DNA of 32,000 nt from Ureaplasma parvum serovar 3 str. ATCC 27815 (GCF_000019345.1 NC_010503.1:150001-182000), one strand, 5' to 3'. Counted from the first letter of the stretch, positions 1 to 12,478 are shown. Program-made: numbers and translations. The notes: generated by a model from the sequence alone, not told the origin.

Positions 1-88
1 GTTAAAGACTATAACGTTGATAGGTCGGATGTGTACGCACGGTGACGTGTTTAGCTAACCGATACTAATAATTCGAGGACTTATATAA
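1..88 (+). rRNA. rrl: 23S ribosomal RNA, 3' end (partial)
   Basis: Starts inside a conserved 23S 3' terminal sequence (GATAGGTCGGATGTGTACGCACGG..GTGACGTGTTTAGCTAACCGATACTAATAATTCGAGGACTTA), followed by 5S. The exact 3' end is approximate. Confidence 0.93.
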
Positions 89-152
89 GTTCTTAGTTAA
101 TTTTTAGAAGAATAGTTGATAATATTTAGTTTTCAGATGTCGATCATAATTG

Positions 153-256
153 TGTAGTGATTATATCAGAGTGGAAATACCTGTTCCCATCCCGAACACA
201 GAAGTCAAGCACTCTAGAGCCGAAAATAGCGCAAGTAAAATAGGTCATCGCTACGC
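153..256 (+). rRNA. rrf: 5S ribosomal RNA
   Basis: Core CCTGTTCCCATCCCGAACACAGAAGTCAAGC. The ends pair (GTAGTGAT / ATCGCTAC, one G-U). Located just after 23S. Confidence 0.93.
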
Positions 257-293
257 TAAAACCAACCTTGAAATTTAAGAGGTTGGTTTTTTT
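257..293 (+). terminator. Intrinsic terminator of the rRNA operon
   Basis: Inverted repeat AAACCAACCT ... AGGTTGGTTT followed by a T run. Confidence 0.85.
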
Positions 294-398
294 ATACTTA
301 AATAATATATTTTTTAATATATATCAGTCTAATTTAAATAAATTAGTATATAATCAAAATGTGACAATCATTTATGATTAAGGATTTTATATTTAAAT

Positions 399-869
399 AT
401 GTTAAAGTTAATTTGATGTCAAACATTGAATGGTGGTATATCAAAAAATAATAAATTACCATGATATATAAAAGAAGAATTAGATCATTTTTATAAAACA
501 ACAAAAAACCATAAAATTATAATGGGTAAAAACACTTTTGATTCATTAGATCAAAAACCATTAAATAATCGAACAAATATCATTTTTTCTTCAATTATGC
601 AAACACCAGAAGACGAATCGTATTTTGTGACAAATGATTTTCAACAAGTATTAAACGATGCTAAAAAAGAGGATATTTTTATTATTGGCGGCAAGGAATT
701 ATTTGATATTTTTTTAGCTTATGCAGATGTTTTAATTGTTTCTGTATTAAAAGATTATTATGATTGTGATCTATACATGAAAGTTGATTATAATAATTTT
801 AATTTAGATAAACAAGATGTTTATGATAATTTTATTGTTAATTATTATTCAAATAAGAAGGAAAAATAA
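399..869 (+). CDS. folA: Dihydrofolate reductase (156 aa)
   Basis: With TGA=Trp the ORF extends upstream of the track start: MLKLIWCQTLNGGISKNNKLPWYIKEELDHFYKTTKNHKIIMGKNTFDSL.., which matches the DHFR N-terminus (NGxIGKxxxLPW..MGRxTF-like). Confidence 0.9.
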
Positions 870-876
870 AAGATTT

Positions 877-1557
877 ATGACCAAAAAACTGATTGTTTTT
901 GATTTTGATGGTACAATTATGCACACGCATACAACTATGAGCCTATCTATTATTGGTGTTTTAGAATTTTATAATCATCATATACCAAGTTTAAAAGAAA
1001 TGAACGATCTGTTAGGTAATCTTTCTATGGTAAATATTTTTAAAAAGTATGCTAAACACGATCTTTTAAATATCGAAATTGAAATGATGATTTCTAAATA
1101 TTATGAAATATATGAATCTTCGCTTTTTATGATCCATAGTTATTTTTTTGATGGTATTTTAGACCTAATCAAAAAATTAAAATCACTTAATAATAATGTT
1201 AAATTAGCAATTTTATCAAATAAACGATCTTCTTTATTAGCAACAATGGTTGATTATTATAATTTACGACCTTATTTTGATTATATTTTTGGTGCTGAAG
1301 ATGTCGAACAAATGAAGCCAGATCCTAGTGGTTTACTAAAAATTATGAACAACTGTAATGTTGATCATAAAAATACTTTATTGATTGGTGATAGTATAGC
1401 TGATTTAAAAGCAGCTATAAATGCTAATTGTCATTTTATTTTAGTTAATTGAGAACCACAATATCAAAAGCACATGGAAACAATTATTAATTTAAAACCT
1501 CTTATTGTTAAAACAATTGATGAACTAGAAACACAAATTAACCACTTTTTATATTAA
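877..1557 (+). CDS. HAD-superfamily hydrolase (phosphoglycolate phosphatase-like)
   Basis: MTKKLIVFDFDGTIMHT (HAD motif I DxDGT), ILSNK motif II, and LLIGDSIADLKAA motif IV. Reads through TGA at 1450-1452 to TAA at 1555-1557. The start at 877 is preferred over the track start 817, which lies inside folA. Confidence 0.85.
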
Positions 1558-1613
1558 TGAACAAAAATGGCACAAAAAAGACTAGTTTATTATATAATAT
1601 ATAAGTGCTAGTT

Positions 1614-1687
1614 GCAGATGTAGTTCAATGGTAGAACGCAACCTTGCCAAGGTCGAGACGCGAGTTCGATTCTCGTCATCTGCTCCA
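1614..1687 (+). tRNA. tRNA-Gly (anticodon GCC), CCA encoded
   Basis: GCAGATG..CATCTGC acceptor stem, anticodon arm CCTTGCCAAGG, T arm CGAGTTCGATTCTCG, genomic CCA. Confidence 0.95.
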
Positions 1688-1695
1688 TTAATAAA

Positions 1696-1729
1696 TAAAA
1701 AAGCAATTCTATTATGAATTGCTTTTTTT
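1696..1729. terminator. Possibly bidirectional intrinsic terminator between tRNA-Gly and the convergent upp
   Basis: AAAAAAGCAATTC-TATTAT-GAATTGCTTTTTT perfect stem with a T run on both strands. Confidence 0.8.
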
Positions 1730-1751
1730 ATTCTTTACTTAATTATTAAAA

Positions 1752-2375
1752 TTATTTAGTACCGAAAATTCGATCACCAGCATCACCTAAACCAGGAGTG
1801 ATATATCCATTTTCATTTAATTTATCATCTAATGCTGCGATATAAACATCAACTTCAGGATGAACTTCTTGAACATATTTAAGACCTTCTGGAGCTGCAA
1901 CAATACATACAAATTTAATGGATTTTGGATTGTATTTTTTAATAATATTAACAGCTTCAACAACACTACCTCCTGTTGCTAACATTGGATCTAAAATAAT
2001 AACATCTGATTCAGAAATATTTTTAGGAAATTTTTTAAAATATTCTACTGGTTTTAGTGTTTGTTCATTACGATATAAACCGATATGACCGATTGTGGCT
2101 GTTGGAATTAAACTTTTAACACCATCAACCATTCCAATTCCAGCGCGCAAAATAGGTATTAAACAAATTTTATTTTTTAATTTATAACCTTTTGCAACCT
2201 TAACAACAGGAGTTTCAATTTCTATTTCATTTAACTCTAAATCTTTTGTTGCTTCATAAACCATCAATTGTGTAAGTTCTTCTAAATTTGTACGAAAAAC
2301 AGTAGAAACTGTTGAAACTTTTCGCATACGTGTTAGTTTATCTTTAATTAATGGGTGATTAATTATTTTATGCAT
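1752..2375 (-). CDS. upp: Uracil phosphoribosyltransferase
   Basis: Complete 207-aa ORF with IPILRAGIGMVDG, the PRPP-binding motif DVIILDPMLATGGSV, and a C-terminal GDAGDRIFGTK. Confidence 0.96.
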   Translation of the reverse strand: MHKIINHPLIKDKLTRMRKVSTVSTVFRTNLEELTQLMVYEATKDLELNEIEIETPVVKVAKGYKLKNKICLIPILRAGIGMVDGVKSLIPTATIGHIGLYRNEQTLKPVEYFKKFPKNISESDVIILDPMLATGGSVVEAVNIIKKYNPKSIKFVCIVAAPEGLKYVQEVHPEVDVYIAALDDKLNENGYITPGLGDAGDRIFGTK

Positions 2376-2469
2376 TTTTAACTCCTTAAATCATTTAACT
2401 TGTATATATAATTTTAATATTCGTTCTTAATTATAAAATTTATTATTATAAATAACTTAATAAAATGAA

Positions 2470-2496
2470 AAAAACTAGCAAAATGCTAGTTTTATT
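2470..2496 (-). terminator. Intrinsic terminator downstream of the putative SRP RNA
   Basis: Minus strand: AAACTAGC-ATTTT-GCTAGTTTTTTT. Confidence 0.75.
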
Positions 2497-2500
2497 ACAT

Positions 2501-2597
2501 TAATATATGTCATCACACATAAAAAGATATTGCTATTGCTGCTCCATCTCTGGCCTGACAAGGTTCGCTACTTAATATTGTAATGACATATATATTA
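2501..2597 (-). ncRNA. ffs: Signal recognition particle RNA (small 4.5S-type)
   Basis: Minus strand contains GTAGCGAACCTTGTCAGGCCAGAGATGGAGCAGC, resembling the SRP helix 8 consensus (GUCAGG..GGAAG-AGCAGC). Flanks are complementary (taatatatgtcat / atgacatatatatta) and an intrinsic terminator lies just downstream. Ends are approximate. Confidence 0.82.
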
Positions 2598-2631
2598 TAA
2601 ATAAAATTGATTAAATTTTTTAATCTTTATT

Positions 2632-3867
2632 TCATAAAATTAAAAAATAATTTCGTTTACCTTTTCTAATAATACTAAATTTTTGATTAATAGCATCTTG
2701 TTTCTTGACTAAAAAATTTTCATCATTTATTTTAATATCATTAATTAAAATTGATCCTGTATTTAAAAAATCTCGTGCTATACGGTTACTTGATGAAATA
2801 TTAGCTAAATTTAATAAATCAATTATTTTAATTTCATCTTTGTCTAATTTTGTTGCAGGTAAACTCTTAATTGCGATTTCTAATTCTTCTTGATTTAATG
2901 TACTAATACTACCATTAAATAGTACTTCGCTAATATGTAATGCTTGTTCATATTTTTGTTGTCCATGTATATCAACAACAACAGCTTTAGCCAATGCTTT
3001 TTGTGCAACTCGTAAAGCGGGATTATTTTTATGAGCTTGCATTATTTTTTTTATTTCTTCAACATCAATTAATGTTAAAAAATTAAGTAATTTTTCTACA
3101 TCAGCATCGCTTTGATTAATTAAAAACTGATACATTTCATAAACAGTTGATTTATTTTCGTCTAAATAAATAGCACCTTTTTCACTTTTACCAAATTTTT
3201 TACCTTCTGAATTTGTTAATAAATTAATTGTCAATCCACAAGCGATATTGTCATCACCTAAATTTTTTCGAATCATTTCAATTCCAGTTGTAATGTTACC
3301 CCATTGATCACTACCACCAGCTTGAATGGCTATGTTATCATTTTTATATAATTGTAAAAAATCATAACCTTGTAGCAAATTATAACTAAATTCTGTATAT
3401 GAAATACCAACAGATAAACGAGAATTAATAATTTCTTTTTCTAATAAATAATTAATGTTGATTAACTTTCCAACATCACGCAAAAAATCTAAAAAAGTCA
3501 TATTTTCATAAAAAACATAATTATTAATAACTTGAGAATTAGTAAATTTTTCAAGTTGAAATTTTATTTTTGCAATATTTTTTTCTAAAATTGTTTTATC
3601 TAATAAATTACGTTCAGCGGATTTACCACTTGGATCACCAATCATTCCTGTAGCACCACCAACAAGCGCTAATGTTTTAATGTTATATAAACGAAAGCGT
3701 TTTAATAACATTATCATAATATAATTACCTAAGTGTAAACTATCAGCTGAAGGATCAAAACCTACATAAATTCCTTTATTTTTCTCTAAAGCTTTTATTA
3801 ATTTTTCTTCATTAGTTATATTATTGATTAAGTTTCGTGCTTTTAAATCCTTAATTAAACTATGCAT
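2632..3867 (-). CDS. tyrS: Tyrosyl-tRNA synthetase
   Basis: 411 aa: YVGFDPSADSLHLGNY (HIGH-type motif), GGSDQWGNITTG, KFGKSEKG (KMSKS-like), C-terminal S4 domain. Confidence 0.97.
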   Translation of the reverse strand: MHSLIKDLKARNLINNITNEEKLIKALEKNKGIYVGFDPSADSLHLGNYIMIMLLKRFRLYNIKTLALVGGATGMIGDPSGKSAERNLLDKTILEKNIAKIKFQLEKFTNSQVINNYVFYENMTFLDFLRDVGKLININYLLEKEIINSRLSVGISYTEFSYNLLQGYDFLQLYKNDNIAIQAGGSDQWGNITTGIEMIRKNLGDDNIACGLTINLLTNSEGKKFGKSEKGAIYLDENKSTVYEMYQFLINQSDADVEKLLNFLTLIDVEEIKKIMQAHKNNPALRVAQKALAKAVVVDIHGQQKYEQALHISEVLFNGSISTLNQEELEIAIKSLPATKLDKDEIKIIDLLNLANISSSNRIARDFLNTGSILINDIKINDENFLVKKQDAINQKFSIIRKGKRNYFLIL

Positions 3868-4005
3868 AGATCTATCTTTTCCTTAATTAATTACTTGATT
3901 TATAATTATATATTTTAATACTATATTACCTTTAAATCAAATTAAATTATTGATTTGTTTTATAATTAAATGTTAAATAGCTTTACTTAAATAAAGGATG
4001 GCTTT

Positions 4006-4908
4006 ATGAGAAATAAAAAAGAAAATGATAATGTTATTAATCCATTATCTAATCCAGATGAGAACAAAAAAATTAATATAAAAGACTTATCAAAAGATGA
4101 GCGTAAAGAACTTAAAAAACGAATTAAAGAAGTTGAAAAATTAAACAGAAATCACAAAGGTGACATTGATATGCCATCACGTGATCCAAATAATATTATT
4201 GAACTTCGTGATGTTAAAAAAATTTTCACAAATGGCTATTTAATTAATGAAACACTCAAAGGTGTTAATTTAGATATTCGTAAAGGTGAATTTGTAATTA
4301 TTTTAGGACCATCAGGTTCTGGTAAAACAACATTAATGAACATTATGTCGGGACTTGATCGTGCAACTGATGGTGATGTTCGTGTTTGTGATAAACAACT
4401 AATTAATATGAATCAAAATAAATTAACTGATTTTCGTAAAGAATATATTGGATTTGTTTTTCAACAATATGGATTATTACCAACACTATCTGTAGAGGAA
4501 AATGTAGAGATTGGTGCTGATTTACAAGTTGATAAAAAACGCCGTATTAAACCACAAGATGCATTAAAAGCAGTAGGGATGCTTGATTACGCAAAAAAAT
4601 TTCCACATGAATTATCTGGTGGTCAGCAACAACGAGTCTCAATAGCCCGTGCTTTAGCTAAAAATCCTATTATTTTATTTGGCGATGAACCAACTGGTGC
4701 TGTTGATGAAACAATGTCAAAAATTATTTTAAAAGAATTTGTAAAAGTTAACCAGGAATTAAAGACAACGGTAATTATTGTTACCCACAACCCAATTTTT
4801 GCTGAACTTGGAACTTTAGTTATTAAGGTTAAAGATGGTAATATTAATGAATTAATTCGTAATGATCATCCAAAATCAGTTGACGAATTAAAATGAGATG
4901 AACAATAA
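4006..4908 (+). CDS. ABC transporter ATP-binding protein (MacB/LolD-like family) with a charged N-terminal extension
   Basis: Walker A GPSGSGKTT, signature LSGGQQQRVSIARALAKNP, Walker B IILFGDEPTGAVD. Extended through one TGA at 4894 to TAA at 4906. Confidence 0.9.
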
Positions 4909-4924
4909 GAGGACTTAGATTTAA

Positions 4925-7438
4925 ATGAATTTAATATCAAAAATATCCCCCCAAAACCGAATCTTAAATCGCGCTCGATTGATTGCTGAAGAAGTTTTAA
5001 AAAAAGAAGAAGAATACGAACATTTTAGCGATCAAGAATTAATTAATAAATCTGATGATATTATTGAATATTTAGCAAATAATAACCCATTAGATGATAA
5101 ATTAGTAGAAGCATTATGCATTATTCGTGAAGTGATTTATCGAGTTCATAATAAAAGAGCTTTTAAAGTTCAAATTATTGGTGCAATTATTGTTTATTTT
5201 GGTGATTTTGCTGAAATGATGACTGGTGAGGGTAAAACATTAACTTTAGTTTTAGTTGCTTATTTAAATGCACTTTATAAAAAAGGTGTTCATATGGTAA
5301 CTGTTAACGAATATCTAGTTAAAGTTGGAGCAGAATTTGCAACACCTGTTTTAAATTTTTTAAATATGTCTGTTGGCCAAATTACAGCTAATATGAATGA
5401 GTATGAAAAACGAAATAATTATAATTGTGATATCACATATACAACTAATTCAGAATTAGGCTTTGATTATTTACGTGATAATATGGTAACTAATTATGCT
5501 AATAAAGTTCAACGGGGCTTATGATTTGCTATTGTTGATGAAGGTGATTCTGTTTTAATTGATGAAGCTCGGACTCCTTTAATCATTTCTGGTGAACCTC
5601 AAGAAGAAATTGGAAATTATGTTAAAGCTGATCGTTTTGTAAAAACATTATATCCACAAGATTTTACTTTAGATCCAGAATCACAATCAGTAGCATTAAC
5701 AGAAAGTGGCGTTGAAAAAGCACAAAAGTTTTTCAATACTAAAAATTATTATAATTTTGAAAATTCAGATATTATCCACAAAGTTACTAATGCTTTAAGA
5801 GCAAATTTTACTTTTTTTAATGGACGCGAATATATTGTTAAAAAAGATGATGATGGTGAGGATATAATTGCTTTAGTAGATCAATCTACTGGTAGAATTA
5901 TGGAAGGAAGAAGTTATAGCGCTGGATTACAACAAGCAATTCAAGCTAAAGAACAAATTAAAATTGAACCCGAAAATTTAACAGTTGCCACAATCACTTA
6001 TCAATCATTATTTCGTTTATATAAAAAATTAGCAGCAGTTTCAGGAACAGCTATTACTGAAGCAGAAGAATTTTTAAATATTTATAATATGGTTGTTGTT
6101 ACAATCCCAACAAATAAACCAATTAAAAGAATTGACCATCCTGATTATGTTTTTGATAATAAAAGAACAAAATGGAAATATGTAATTGCTGATGTTATTC
6201 GTCGTCATGAAAATGGCCAACCAATTTTAATTGGAACTGCTAGTGTTGAAGATTCAGAAATTTTACATCAATTACTAGAACGAGTCAATATTCCTCACGA
6301 AGTTTTAAATGCTAAAAATCACGCACGCGAAGCTGAAATTATTGCTTGTGCAGGAGAGTATAAAGCAGTTACAATAGCAACAAATATGGCAGGCCGTGGG
6401 ACTGATATTAAATTATCTCCAGAATCATTAGAAGCTGGAGGATTATGTGTTATTGGAACCGAACGAAGTGATTCACGTAGAATTGATAATCAGTTAAGAG
6501 GACGTGCTGGACGACAAGGTGATATTGGCGAATCACGTTTTTTTATTTCAATGGAAGATACTTTATTTAGTCGTTTTGCAACCGATAATTTAGCAAAAGC
6601 TGATGATAAATTAAGTGAAGATGTTATTTCAACAAAATTCTTTACACGATTGCTAAATAATACACAAAAAAAAGTTGAGTCGTTAAACTATGACACAAGA
6701 AAAAATCTAATTGATTATGATCATGTTTTAAGTAATCAACGCGAATTAATTTACAAACAACGGGATAAAATTCTTATTTCATCAGATAATAAAGATATTT
6801 TATATCGAATGTTAGATAGTGTAATTGATGATTTAATTTATCAATCACACAATAAACCAAATGAAGACATTATTGACATAAAAAAATTAATTGATTTAGC
6901 AACTCAAAACATTTTTTATGACAATTATTTAAATCAGGACGAATATTATGGGCTTAAGTTTGAACAAATTAAAACTAAATTAAAAAAAGACTGTATTAAT
7001 TTTTTTGAGCAAAAAGAACAACTAATGACACCGACAATTTTTAATCAAATCTTATCAGAAATTATGATTAGTAATATTGATGAAGAATGAACTAAACATT
7101 TAGATATTACTTCTAAAATTCGTGAGGGAGTTAATTTACGTGCTTATGAACAAAAAGCACCATTAAATATTTATGTTGAAGACTCAGATAAATTATTTGA
7201 AAAATTAAAACATAATGTTGCTTGAAAAACAGTATGTTCAATAGGAAAAATAAATTATGTTCATCAAGATTATAGTGATTTAAATAGTGAATTTATTGTA
7301 AATGATAATGAAATTAATGAAAATAATAATTCAATTGATTTTGAAAATTTCAACGAATCAATACCAACTGATCAAACAATTCAAGAATCATTTGATGATA
7401 ATCAATCAGATAATGAAGATGATAAAAATAATAATTAA
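4925..7438 (+). CDS. secA: Preprotein translocase subunit SecA
   Basis: [89 protein letters not shown]. Track ORFs 4925-5524 and 5900-7090 are in the same frame, separated by TGA codons. TAA at 7436-7438. Confidence 0.96.
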
Positions 7439-7440
7439 CA

Positions 7441-9441
7441 ATGGATGATTTTAAAAAATTTGAATTAATAAGCGATTATAAACCAGCTGGTGACCAACAA
7501 AAGGCAATTGATGAAATGGTTAATAATATTAATCAAGGTATTCAACGACAAGTATTATTAGGGGCAACAGGAACAGGAAAAACATTTAGTGTGGCTAATG
7601 TAATTGCAAAAACCCAATTAAAGACTTTAGTTCTTGCTCATAATAAAACATTAGCTGCACAATTATTTGCTGAACTTAAAGAAATGTTTCCTCATAATAA
7701 AGTTGAATATTTTGTTTCATATTTTGATTATTATCAACCAGAAGCTTATAAACCTATAACTGATACTTATATTGAAAAAGATTCAGTAACAAATGCAGAA
7801 ATTGAGATGATGCGTTTATCAACTATTAATTCATTGGCTACAAGAAATGATGTCATTGTTGTTGCTTCTGTTGCATGTATTTATGCATCTGTTTCTCCTA
7901 TAGAATTTACTAAAAAGAATTTATATTTACATGTTGGTGAATTAATCGAATTTGAACAAATTAAATATAAATTAGTTCAATTAGGTTATGAACGAAAAGA
8001 TTATGATTTAGTGCCAGGAACATTTAGGATTCGTGGTGATTTAATTGAAATTATGTCTGGATATAGTGATAAATTTAAAATAAGAATATCAATGTTTGGA
8101 AATGAAGTTGAATCAATTGATCTTTGCGATCCAATTACTAATAATATTATTTCTAAAGAACAAAGGTTTATTTTACGAAGTGCAAGTGAATATATTTTTG
8201 ATGATTCGCGTTTAGCAATAGCGATTGAAAATATTAAAAATGAACTAGATGAACGAGTTAAATTTTTTCTAAAAAACAATCAATTAATTGAGGCGCAACG
8301 GATTGAGCAACGAACTAAACAAGATCTTGAAAGTATTGTAGAGTTTGGTTTTTGTAGTGGAGTTGAAAATTATTATCGTCATCTTGAACATCGTGAACCT
8401 TTTCAAACACCATGGACAATTTTTGATTTTTTTTCATATAACAATCAAGATTGATTATTAATTGTAGATGAATCACATATTTCATTACCACAAGTGAAAG
8501 GGATGCATAATACAGACCGTAGTCGTAAACAAACATTAGTTGAATACGGATTTCGTTTACCTAGCGCTTTAGATAATCGGCCTTTAAATTATGATGAATT
8601 TAATAAAAAACTTTCCAAAACGATTTATGTTTCTGCCACACCAAACGATGAAGAAATTGCGTTATCAGATAATCATATAGTTAGTCAAATTGTTCGTCCT
8701 ACAGGATTATTAGATCCAATTATTGAAATTAGAAAAACAGAACACCAAATTGATGATTTAATTAATGAATTGATGCTTTTAAAAAACAAGAATCAACGAG
8801 CATTTATTACTGTTATGACAATTAGAATGGCTGAGGATTTAACAAATTATTTAAATAATACAAAAATTAAAGCTGCTTATTTACATAATGAATTAAAAAC
8901 ACTAGAGCGTAGTGTTATTATCAATAAATTAAGAAAAGGAATTTATGATTGTGTTGTTGGAATTAATCTTTTAAGAGAAGGATTAGATGTTCCAGAAGTT
9001 GCAGGTGTTTTTATTTTTGATGCTGATAAACCTGGTTTTTTTAGAAGTGATAAATCTTTAATTCAAATTATTGGACGTGCAGCACGTAATGCTGATGGTA
9101 AAGTAATTATGTATGCTGATGTAATAACACAAGCCATGCAAACCGCAATCAATGAAACAAAACGACGACGTGAAATTCAATTAGCTTTTAATTTAAAACA
9201 TAATATTATCCCTAAAACAATTATTAAACCAATTCACGAAGATTTAAGTGGCCATGATTATAAACAAAATGCGGAATTATATGCTGCAAAAGCTTCAAAA
9301 AACGAGTACAATCAAAAAATCAAAGAATTAAAGAAAAAAATGGAAGAAGCTGCAAAAAAACGTGAATATGAAGTTGCTGCTCAATATCGCGATATGATTG
9401 TTGAATTAGAAGCCATTAAGCAAAGTGTAAAAAGCAAATAA
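7441..9441 (+). CDS. uvrB: Excinuclease ABC subunit B
   Basis: GATGTGKTF Walker [40 protein letters not shown]-like motif ([16 protein letters not shown]), C-terminal UVR region. Two track ORFs in the same frame joined across TGA codons. Confidence 0.97.
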
Positions 9442-9524
9442 TAAATATATAATTATGTTTATTTTAATATTAGTTTTTTAATTAAAATTTATACTAATAA
9501 AGATTTAAAAAGGTTACTTTACGT

Positions 9525-11546
9525 ATGGATAAAATAAAAGCTAAAATTGACGAATTAAAACAAAAACTAGACCAATGAAACTATGAATATTATGTTTTAG
9601 ATGATCCAAGTGTGCCAGACCATGTTTATGATCAAACAATGCGGGAGTTAATCGAACTTGAAAATAATTATCCTCAATTTAAAACTAACAATTCACCAAG
9701 TGTAAAGGTTGGCGGCTTTGTTTCAGAAAAATTTAATAAAGTAAAACATAAAAGACCAATGTTATCACTTTCAAATGCTTTTAATGATGATGATTTAAAA
9801 AAATTTGATCAAGATAATCAAAATGCTAGTGTCGATTTAAAAGGGTACGTAGTTGAACCTAAAATTGATGGTTTAAGCATTTCTATTATTTATAAAAATG
9901 CCAAATTACACCAGGCAATTACAAGAGGAGATGGGATTAATGGCGAAGATGTTACTTCCAATATTTTAACGATTAAAGACATTCCTCACTATATTGATCA
10001 AAAATATAAAGACTACGAAATTGAAGTTCGTGGTGAAGTCTATATGGCTTTTCATGATTTTTATGAAATGAATGATAATTTAGAAGAAAGTGATAAAAAA
10101 TTTGCTAATCCAAGAAATGCTGCTGCTGGAACATTAAGAAGTCTAGATAATTCAATTGTTGCAGAACGTAAATTAAGTGCTTTTATGTATTATTTGGTTA
10201 ATGCACAAGAACTAGGAATTAAAACGCATTATGAAAGTATTCAATTTTTAAGAGATAATAAATTTAAAGTTAGTGATTTAATTGTTAAAGTCGATACAAT
10301 TAATGAAGTTATTAATCAAATTGATTGTTATACTAAAGTGCGTGATAAACTTTCATATATGATTGATGGTATTGTTATTAAAATTAATAATTTAGAAGTT
10401 TATGATGAGATTGGTTATACTTCTAAATTTCCTAAATGAGCAATTGCTTATAAATTTCCAGCTAATGTTGTTAGCTCACAATTACTAGAAATTATTAACG
10501 ATGTTGGGCGTACAGGAAAAATCTCATATGTTGCTAAAATTAAACCAATTTTATTAGATGGTAGTATGGTTGAATACGCTACTTTACATAACTTTGATTT
10601 TATTAAAGAAAAAGACATTCGAATTAATGATGAAATTAAAATTTATAAAGCAGGGGATGTAATTCCTTATGTTGATGGTGTTGATTTATCAAAACGTTTA
10701 GCAAATAGTGTACCTTATGAACCAATTATAAATTGCCCTTCATGCCAATCAGTTTTAGTACGTGAAAATGATGAAGTTGACCAACGCTGCTTAAATATTT
10801 ATGGATGTAAAAAAATCAATATTGAAAAAATCGTTTATTTTGTTTCACGTAATTGCATGAATATTGAGGGAATGAGTGATGCCATTATTAATAAATTTTA
10901 TGATGCTAATTTAATTAAAAACATTGCAGATTTATACTATTTGCAAAAACACAAAGAATTTATTTTAACTAGTGATTTTAAAATTAAAGAAAAAAGTTTT
11001 AGTAATTTAATTAATAGTATTAATAATTCAAAAAAATGTTCTTTAGAATTTTTATTAACAGCTTTTGGAATTCGTCATGTTGGACCAAATTTAGCTAAAA
11101 AAATAGCTAAACAATTTAAAACAATGACTGCTTTAATGCACGCTAATTTTGATGAATTAACTAATGTTGATGCATGTGGGGAAAAAGCAGCCTTATCATT
11201 AATTAATTGGTTTAATGATGAGCATAATGTTTCTTTAGTTAATCAATTACAACAAGTTGGTGTAAATATGGAATATATTGATGATTTTATTTATGATGAT
11301 AACATCAATATAATTGATGAATATAAAAATAAAACTTTTGTTATTACTGGTTCATTTAGTATTAGCCGTGATGAAATTAAAACTATTTTAGAGAAATATT
11401 ATCATGCAAAAGTTAAAAACAGTGTTTCTAAAAAAACAGATTATGTTTTAGTTGGCACTGAAGCGGGTACGAAATTAGAAAAAGCTAAATTATTAGGTGT
11501 GAAAATTATTGAAAATGAATTTTGAAAAAAGGATAATAATTTTTAA
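9525..11546 (+). CDS. ligA: NAD-dependent DNA ligase
   Basis: YVVEPKIDGLSISI (adenylation lysine motif KxDG), TRGDGINGEDVT, Cys zinc-binding cluster CPSCQS..CLNIYGC, HhH region, C-terminal BRCT (KTFVITGSFSISRDEIK). 673 aa once TGA is read as Trp. Confidence 0.96.
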
Positions 11547-11782
11547 ATTACTTGAATATTAATAATTTTAAGTTGTTTTTGCTGCTAAATTAAAATTATT
11601 GTAATGTTTTCTATGATATAGAAAATAATAATTTTGTAATAAATATGCTCTTAAAATAAAATTTAAAATGTATATATTTTATAATTAAGAAAGATAAAAC
11701 TATTAAAATAATTGTAATGCATTATATTAAAGTTAAATTAACGCTTTAATTAAAGATAGTAAAGGTATTGGTGTAAAAATTA

Positions 11783-12478
11783 TTGAAGATAAATATAACA
11801 AAAGAAAAAACAATTTTTAAAAAAAATTATAAAAAAAAACATAGTATATATTATTCAACATCTAAAATTATTAAAGACTACACACTAAGTGCAGTAATGT
11901 TAGGTTTAGGAATTTTGGTTGCATATTTAAGTCACTTTATTCGTTTTAATTTCTTAGCTTTTGATTTTTCTTTGTTTACACTTGTTTATTTAATTTATAA
12001 AGTTAAATATCGCTTTGTATATTTAGTTACAATTTTATTAAGTTTAGCTAATTTATTGCACGGAAGTCCTTCATGGATCGGAACAATGGTTTTAAGTTTA
12101 AATAACTTATTTTTTGTTACTATGGTTATTCTTTTTAAAAAGTTATTTATTCCAAAAAGACCAAAATTTTATCTTAATTTATGAGTTTTAGTATTAAGTT
12201 CATTCTTAACAACTGTTTTTAATGTGATTATGAACGGTATTCTTTACACTCCACTTTATTGATACACTTTTAAAATTACCCCAACACTGAATTTTTTAGA
12301 AGTACAAAAAATTTATGAAAAGCACCCGACTTTATTTTTGTTAAATATTAAATCATATTGATTAGGAATTATTGCTTTATATACAAGTTTTAATTTAATT
12401 AAAAACATCATTATTAGTTTTATATCATTAACTATATTAAAAATTTTTGCAGATAAAAAAACGATTATTACATATTAA
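11783..12478 (+). CDS. Multi-pass membrane protein, possible ECF transporter S component
   Basis: Track ORF start used (non-ATG, TTG-type start likely; exact start uncertain). The ORF reads on through TGA at 12182. Several hydrophobic helices in an ECF S-component-like layout (LSLANLLHGSPSWIGTMVLSLNNLFF.., NGILYTPLYWYTF). Family assignment is tentative. Confidence 0.6.

Noticed and set aside
8001-8279. 92-aa minus-strand ORF inside uvrB, plus similar shadow ORFs at 2705-2893, 12926-13114, 20440-20661 and 30180-30377.
   Set aside because: Each lies antisense within a well-supported conserved gene and has no recognisable domain.
8315-8536. 73-aa overlapping same-strand ORF in uvrB.
   Set aside because: Out-of-frame ORF inside uvrB spanning TGA positions of the real gene; no support.
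11555-11625. Inverted repeat AATAATTTTAA ... TTAAAATTATT after ligA.
   Set aside because: Pure A/T stem without a convincing T tail; frequent by chance in this base composition.
11755-11810. Short stretch GGTGTAAAAATTATTGAAGATAAATAT resembling the ligA 3' end (GGTGTGAAAATTATTGAAAATGAATTT), possibly a duplicated gene relic.
   Set aside because: Only about 27 nt of AT-rich similarity; too short to separate from chance or composition.
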